DNA from: an uncultured delta proteobacterium
Lineage (GTDB): Bacteria > Desulfobacterota > Binatia > UBA9968
Reading direction: 5' to 3'
Length of the DNA: 64,000 nucleotides
NCBI GenBank assembly: GCA_963771465.1
Contig: CAVYTU010000018.1
Coordinates: forward strand, 1-64,000
Positions 58,774-64,000 of the stretch are shown piece by piece. The position numbers and the translations under genes are program-made. How positions within the stretch are numbered: the stretch's first letter is position 1; every line of letters starts with the position of its first letter. The notes beneath the pieces are model-generated. The model ran no database searches. It saw only the letters and a program-made list of their open reading frames with translations, and had not been told where the DNA came from.

Positions 58774-60471
58774 ATGGCTTATGATCTCGTGATTCGCGGT
58801 GGGCGTGTAGTTGACGGTTCCGGTTTGCCGTCGTATGTGGCTGATGTCGGGGTCAAGGGCGGCAAGGTCGTCGAAGTAGGCAAGCTCAAAGACGGCGGGA
58901 CGAAATCCATCGAAGCCGACGGCTTGGCGGTGTCGCCGGGATTCATCGATCATCACACCCATCTCGACGCGCAGATGCTTTGGGATCCTTATGGCACCTG
59001 CGAGCCGCAGCATGGTGTGACCTCCGTGGTGATGGGTAATTGCGGGTTGTCCCTGGCGCCGGTCAGGCAAGGGATCGAAGACGCCATCGTCAAAAGCTTC
59101 ATCCGTGTGGAAGCGATTCCACGCATCGCTCTGGAACAGGGCGTGAAGTGGAACTGGCATAGCTATGGCGAGTATCTCGACAACTTCGAAGGCAAGGTCG
59201 GCATTAATGTCGGCGGCTTGGTCGGTCATATCGCCGTGCGCCATCATGCCATGGGCGAAGAAGCGGTGGAGCGCACAGCCACCGGCACGGAAGTGCAAAA
59301 GATGAAAGGCTTGGTGCTCGATGCGATGGAAGGCGGCGCCTTGGGCATGTCGACCAACCGCAACGACCGCCATATGCGCGAGGACGGCAAGCCGGTGTCG
59401 AGCCGCTTGGCGGACGACGATGAATTGTTTGCCCTTTGCGACGTGCTTGGCGAGCGCAACGCCGGCGTCATCGAAACAATTCTCGGCCGCAACAAGGTCG
59501 AACATTTTGCGTGGTACCATGAATTGGCCAAACGCACGCAACGGCCGATCCTGTGGCAAAGCCTGCAACATCGCTGGTCCGAGCCTAATCTGTGGCGCGA
59601 GCAGCTCGAAGCCGTCGAGCCGATTTTCAAAGCCGGCTACCAAGCCTACGGTTTGACCCACACGGTACCGCTGGTGCGCCACTTCACTTTGAAAGATTGC
59701 CAGATCTTCGACGAGTTCCCGACCTGGAAAAATCTCATGTTTCTGCCGGTGGAAGTGCGCAAACAAGCCTTTGCCGACGCCGACACGCGGATCAAGTTGC
59801 AGTATGAGATCGATAACTTGCGCTTGACTAACTACCACAAACGTTGGGATATTCCCAAAGTCGAGAAATGTTTCAAACCAGAAAATCAAAAATTTGTCGG
59901 CAAGACCATCGCCGAGATGGCGGCCATGCGCAATCAAGCGCCCATCGATGCTTTCCTCGATCTTGCCCTCGACGAAAACTTGGAGACGATTTTTTGGAAC
60001 GCTAACAACGGCGGCGACTGGAACGCCATGGGCGAGATTCTCCGCAGCCCCTATGTGTTGATCGGTACTTCGGACGCCGGCGCCCATGTGCTGTTCGGCG
60101 CCGACTTCGGTTATGGCACGATTCTCCTGGGTCTGTGGGTGCGCGAGCGCCAAGTGATGTCGTTGGAGCAGGCGATCCACAAACTGACGTTTCATCCGGC
60201 CTCGATTTTCGGTTTGCAAGGGCGCGGTTTGCTGCGGCCGGGCTACGCCGCCGACATCGCAATCTTCGATCCCAAGACCGTCCATGCCGAAGAGCCGGTG
60301 TGGGCCAATGATTTCCCGGCTAATACCAAACGCATGGTGCAGAAATCGATTGGCATGCACTACACCATCGTCAACGGCACCGTGATCCACGATCACGGCC
60401 ACATGACCGGCGATCTGCCGGGCCAGGTGATGCGCGGACCGCTTTATCGTCAACAGAAAGCGGCGGCGTAA
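58774..60471 (+). CDS. N-acyl-D-amino-acid deacylase family amidohydrolase
   Basis: PGFIDHHTHLD, GVTSVVMGNCG, SDAGAH, ADIAIFDP. Confidence 0.9.
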   Translation: MAYDLVIRGGRVVDGSGLPSYVADVGVKGGKVVEVGKLKDGGTKSIEADGLAVSPGFIDHHTHLDAQMLWDPYGTCEPQHGVTSVVMGNCGLSLAPVRQGIEDAIVKSFIRVEAIPRIALEQGVKWNWHSYGEYLDNFEGKVGINVGGLVGHIAVRHHAMGEEAVERTATGTEVQKMKGLVLDAMEGGALGMSTNRNDRHMREDGKPVSSRLADDDELFALCDVLGERNAGVIETILGRNKVEHFAWYHELAKRTQRPILWQSLQHRWSEPNLWREQLEAVEPIFKAGYQAYGLTHTVPLVRHFTLKDCQIFDEFPTWKNLMFLPVEVRKQAFADADTRIKLQYEIDNLRLTNYHKRWDIPKVEKCFKPENQKFVGKTIAEMAAMRNQAPIDAFLDLALDENLETIFWNANNGGDWNAMGEILRSPYVLIGTSDAGAHVLFGADFGYGTILLGLWVRERQVMSLEQAIHKLTFHPASIFGLQGRGLLRPGYAADIAIFDPKTVHAEEPVWANDFPANTKRMVQKSIGMHYTIVNGTVIHDHGHMTGDLPGQVMRGPLYRQQKAAA

Positions 60472-60475
60472 CCTG

Positions 60476-60799
60476 ATGGGGGTAAGTTACATACCCGTCG
60501 CGCGGGTCGGGGAGTTAAGTCCCGGTGCTATAAAAGAAGTCGACCTCGGCGGACGCCAAGTGCTCTTGGCGTTCGTCGAGGGAAAATACGTTGCCTTCTC
60601 ACGCCATTGCCCTCATGAAGAAGCGGACTTGAAGGAAGCCGGGCAATTGATTGGTGGCATGCAAATCCGCTGCAACAATCATAGTTATTGTTTCGATCTT
60701 CAGAGCGGTGAATGCACCTTGCCGAAAGGCGGCGCGCCGCTGACGGTGCTGCCAGCCGAAGAGCGCGGCGAAGAAGTTTGCATCCGGCTCGAGTGGTAA
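60476..60799 (+). CDS. Rieske 2Fe-2S ferredoxin
   Basis: CPH...CNNH. Confidence 0.85.
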   Translation: MGVSYIPVARVGELSPGAIKEVDLGGRQVLLAFVEGKYVAFSRHCPHEEADLKEAGQLIGGMQIRCNNHSYCFDLQSGECTLPKGGAPLTVLPAEERGEEVCIRLEW

Positions 60800-60875
60800 T
60801 AGCTTGCCCGTTAAGTTCTTTTAGTATCCTCAACCAATTTCTTTTCCTGCAGGCGATGGTATCCTGGGTTTTATC

Positions 60876-61778
60876 GTGAAATATCGCATGGGAAAATCAC
60901 TCGCCCGGTTTTATGCGCTGCATGTGCTGTTCGCCGTTGGGCTGCTGGCCGGCAGCTTCGATGCTTGGGCCCAAGAAAAAAGTTTTCTTTGGAAAGTGGC
61001 GTCCGACAAAGGCGCTGTTTACCTGCTCGGTTCGATCCATCTGCTAAAAAGTCAGGATGCGATGCTCAAACCGATCATCGATGAAACCTTCAAGAAGTCC
61101 AAACGGCTGGCCTTCGAGATCGACTTGACCGACGAGAATCCGGAAAAGATGCGCAAGCTGGTTTTGCAGAAGGGCGTCAATCTTGACGGCAAGACCTTGC
61201 AGCAGAAAGTGTCCGGCGAAACCTTCCAACGGGCGACGGTCTGGGCCAACGAACTCGGCATCGACATCAAAATGTTGACTGCGCTCAAACCCTGGTTGGC
61301 GGGCTTGACGCTGACGGTTATGACTTTGCAAAAGTTCGGCTTCGATCCCGATTCCGGTGTCGATCGCCAACTCGCTCGACGGGCGAAACTTGCCAACAAG
61401 CGGGTCAGCGGGCTGGAAACCGCCGAGGCGCAGTTCGAAATTTTCGATCGCCTACCGCCGGCATTGCAAGAGATGATGCTGCGCCAATCGCTCAAGGAAA
61501 TGGAGCAGATTGGCGGCATGATCGACGACATGATGCGCGCCTGGCGTGACGGCGACATTGTGGCGGCGGAGAAACTGTTTTTGGGAAGCATGACGGAGTT
61601 TCCGGAGATCCAAGAGAAATTGCTCGACGAGCGCAACCGCAATTGGCTGCCGCAAATCGAAAAATTCATCGGCAGCGGCGAAGACACCCTGGTGGTGGTT
61701 GGGGCGGCCCACTTGGTCGGCAAGAACGGTATTATCGAGTTACTCAAATCACGCGGCTATAAACTGGAGCAAATGTGA
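60876..61778 (+). CDS. TraB/GumN family protein
   Basis: FLWKV, YLLGSIH, GLET, RNRNW, VGAAHL. Confidence 0.9.
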   Translation: MKYRMGKSLARFYALHVLFAVGLLAGSFDAWAQEKSFLWKVASDKGAVYLLGSIHLLKSQDAMLKPIIDETFKKSKRLAFEIDLTDENPEKMRKLVLQKGVNLDGKTLQQKVSGETFQRATVWANELGIDIKMLTALKPWLAGLTLTVMTLQKFGFDPDSGVDRQLARRAKLANKRVSGLETAEAQFEIFDRLPPALQEMMLRQSLKEMEQIGGMIDDMMRAWRDGDIVAAEKLFLGSMTEFPEIQEKLLDERNRNWLPQIEKFIGSGEDTLVVVGAAHLVGKNGIIELLKSRGYKLEQM

Positions 61779-62272
61779 TGGTGCAGGGGAAAAACAATAT
61801 CAAATCGATTCGCGTCGCGGACTGGATGAGTGAAGGTGTTTTAGCGGTCGAGACTTTCGACAGTATTGCGATCGCACGCCAAGTGATGGCGAAGCATCGG
61901 GTCAACCAGTTGCCCGTGCTCGACAACGACCATCTCGTCGGCATCGTCACCGATCGCGATATTCGCGACGCCTATCCGACCAGCATGATGATCAACCACA
62001 CCGAAGCCATCGACGAGTTCGCCGAAAAGGTCACCGTCGAAGAAGTGATGACCCATGATATCTTCGTGGTCCAGCCGGAAACACCGTTGGCCAAGGCCGT
62101 CGGCTTATTGCGTAAACACCGCATCGGCGCCTTGCCGGTGGTCAAAAGCCGAGAGCTGGTCGGCATCATCACGCGCAGCGATGTTCTTGATTATGTCTTG
62201 AGCGGCGCCGGTCGTCGCAAACGCGCGGCGTCGAAAAAGAGTTCGACGACAGCTCAGGCGAAAAAGCAGTAG
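61775..62272 (+). CDS. CBS-domain protein (AcuB-like)
   Basis: Two CBS repeats LPV..LVGIVTDRD and LPV..LVGIITRSD. Confidence 0.9.
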   Translation: MMVQGKNNIKSIRVADWMSEGVLAVETFDSIAIARQVMAKHRVNQLPVLDNDHLVGIVTDRDIRDAYPTSMMINHTEAIDEFAEKVTVEEVMTHDIFVVQPETPLAKAVGLLRKHRIGALPVVKSRELVGIITRSDVLDYVLSGAGRRKRAASKKSSTTAQAKKQ

Positions 62273-62321
62273 TCGAATCGTTGGCATTTATATTCTTCAT
62301 CAAAGGGAAGGATTTCGCTCC

Positions 62322-62816
62322 ATGCCGTCATTCGATATCGTCAGCCGTATCGATCTCCAGGAAGTCGACAATGCGGTCAACATAACGACCAAGACGATTC
62401 TCACGCGCTACGATTTTCGTGGCTCGAAAACCGAGATCAGCTTGGATAAAAAAGAGAAAAAGATCCAAGTGACCACGGAAGACGACATGAAAATGCGCGC
62501 GATCCAGGACACCCTGATCGAAAATCTGGTCAAGCGCAAAGTTGACCGGCGTTGCTTGGACCCCAAGACGACCGAAGCGGCGGCGCTTGGCATGATCCGG
62601 CGCGACATCGCAATCAAAGAAGGGGTCGATTCGGATAATGCCCGGGCAATCGTTAAGATGATTAAAGAGAAAAAGCTCAAGGTCCAAGCGGCAATGCAGG
62701 ACGGGCAAGTGCGTGTGACCGGAAAAAAGATCGATGACTTGCAGCAAGTGATCCAAATGCTGCGCGAGGCTAAAATCGAGATCCCGTTGCAGTTTGTCAA
62801 CATGCAGGGCCGCTAA
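62322..62816 (+). CDS. yajQ: YajQ nucleotide/c-di-GMP-binding protein
   Basis: [27 protein letters not shown]. Confidence 0.95.
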   Translation: MPSFDIVSRIDLQEVDNAVNITTKTILTRYDFRGSKTEISLDKKEKKIQVTTEDDMKMRAIQDTLIENLVKRKVDRRCLDPKTTEAAALGMIRRDIAIKEGVDSDNARAIVKMIKEKKLKVQAAMQDGQVRVTGKKIDDLQQVIQMLREAKIEIPLQFVNMQGR

Positions 62817-62845
62817 CGCTATTTGCAGAACGATTGGAGACAATC

Positions 62846-63241
62846 ATGGAAAAGATCAAAAAATCTGACAGCGAATGGAAACAGCAATTAACCGACGAGC
62901 AATTCAATGTCGCGCGCAAGAAAGGCACGGAGCGGGCGTTCACCGGCGAGTACTGGGACAATCACGAGAAGGGGACATATCGCTGCATTTGTTGCGGCAA
63001 TGAACTGTTCAGCTCGGAAACCAAATTCGATTCGGGCACCGGCTGGCCGAGTTTTTGGGCGCCGGCGGCGCCGGAGAACGTCGAGACCGAGGACGATACC
63101 AGCTATGGCATGCGCCGCACCGAAGCGATGTGCGGCAAATGCGAAGCTCATCTCGGCCATGTCTTCGAGGACGGCCCCAAGCCGACGAACCTGCGCTATT
63201 GCATCAACTCCGCGTCGCTCAAGTTCGAGAAGGGCAAGTAG
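62846..63241 (+). CDS. msrB: Peptide methionine-(R)-S-oxide reductase
   Basis: [31 protein letters not shown]. Confidence 0.97.
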   Translation: MEKIKKSDSEWKQQLTDEQFNVARKKGTERAFTGEYWDNHEKGTYRCICCGNELFSSETKFDSGTGWPSFWAPAAPENVETEDDTSYGMRRTEAMCGKCEAHLGHVFEDGPKPTNLRYCINSASLKFEKGK

Positions 63242-63254
63242 CCGATTCAGCGCC

Positions 63255-63710
63255 ATGGACGAGATCGCCTTTCAAGATCAAGGCTCGGTGCATCATTGCT
63301 ATGGTTGCGGCGCGGCCAACGAGAAAGGCTTGCGGCTAAAAAGTTACTGGGAGGGCGAAGAGGCGGTGGCGAGTTGGCGCGCCGAGCCGCACCATTGCGG
63401 CGGTACCAGAGAAAATCTCAACGGCGGCGTCATTGCCTCACTGATCGATTGCCACAGTCTGAATCTTGCCATCGCAGCCGCTTATCGCGCTGAAAAACGT
63501 CCCATCGGCAGCGCGCCGCGCATCGGCTATGTCTCGGCGAATTTGAACGTGTCTTATCTTAAGCCGACGCCGCTCAAAGAAGCGATTCAATTGCGCGCGC
63601 GGATCACGAAACTCGAAGGCCGAAAGGCGTGGGTCAATTGCACCCTCAGCGCAGCAGAAGAGATTCGCGCAACCGGCGAAGTGTTGGGCGTGCGGGTGGA
63701 GTGGGAATAA
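63255..63710 (+). CDS. PaaI/hotdog thioesterase family protein
   Basis: CYGCG..N.KGL, NGGVIASLIDCH, YLKPTP. Confidence 0.85.
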   Translation: MDEIAFQDQGSVHHCYGCGAANEKGLRLKSYWEGEEAVASWRAEPHHCGGTRENLNGGVIASLIDCHSLNLAIAAAYRAEKRPIGSAPRIGYVSANLNVSYLKPTPLKEAIQLRARITKLEGRKAWVNCTLSAAEEIRATGEVLGVRVEWE

Positions 63711-63717
63711 ACAAGAT

Positions 63718-63801
63718 CGTTCAAGCCGTTCAAAACGTTAAAATGGTTCAAACCGTTACGGATAATTTTCCGGCGACTTGACCGGCTTAAACAGTTTGAA
63801 C
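63718..63801 (+). repeat. 9-mer GTTCAA array with an inverted partner
   Basis: cgttcaagc cgttcaaaa cgttaaaat ggttcaaac cgtt ... ttaaacagtttgaac. Confidence 0.75.
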
Positions 63802-63813
63802 CAACAGGAAAAG

Positions 63814-64000
63814 ATGGAATATACGACTCTCGGAAAAACTGGATTGAAAATTAGCGTCGCTGGTCTTGGCTGTGGCGGGCCGAGCCGGCTTGGTATGCGC
63901 GGCGGTGCGGGGGCGGAAGAACGTGCGGTTCGCCTGGTCAAGCAAGCGCTCGATCTCGGCGTGAATATTCTCGATACGGCGCAGAATTACGGCACCGAAG
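63814..64000 (+). CDS. Aldo/keto reductase (5' part, runs off the window)
   Basis: MEYTTLGKTGLKISVAGLGCGG..ALDLGVNILDTAQNYGTE. Confidence 0.9.
   Translation, partial: MEYTTLGKTGLKISVAGLGCGGPSRLGMRGGAGAEERAVRLVKQALDLGVNILDTAQNYGTE

Noticed and set aside
58756-60453. 565-aa antisense ORF (also 35353..36363 and similar)
   Set aside because: Shadow ORFs opposite well-supported genes, with no motifs.
58774-60471. D-aminoacylase as prodrug activator of an acyl-D-Thr product
   Set aside because: Separated from the BGC by unrelated genes and lies at the start of the housekeeping run. No direct link is visible.

Overview
Bacterial chromosome segment. The many orphan substrate-binding/TctC proteins, MetE2, cysteine-less maleate-isomerase-like and LigB-like genes suggest a Candidatus Binatia/Deltaproteobacteria-type genome (inference). 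0-25 kb holds solute-binding and catabolic genes, an ATP-dependent ligase, a standalone A-PCP NRPS-like gene and CsgG. Its intergenic spacers are mosaics of 6-, 7- and 9-mer repeats, REP hairpins and gene scraps. They include a four-helix-bundle (IVS/Avd-like) gene enclosed by inverted hexamer arrays plus three deleted derivatives. 25-39 kb and 55-58.5 kb hold duplicated small stress genes and lipoproteins, several with sigma54 motifs. 39.5-55 kb is a two-gene, sigma54-preceded hybrid NRPS/PKS: C-A(Thr)-T-E-C-T plus KS-AT-ACP-aminotransferase-C-A-T-TE with a Cys-nucleophile TE, ending next to a decayed tRNA-Leu(CAA). 58.7-64 kb is ordinary housekeeping. Six genes carry single-base frameshifts, possibly sequencing indels. 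All family calls are from motif recognition by eye, not database searches.
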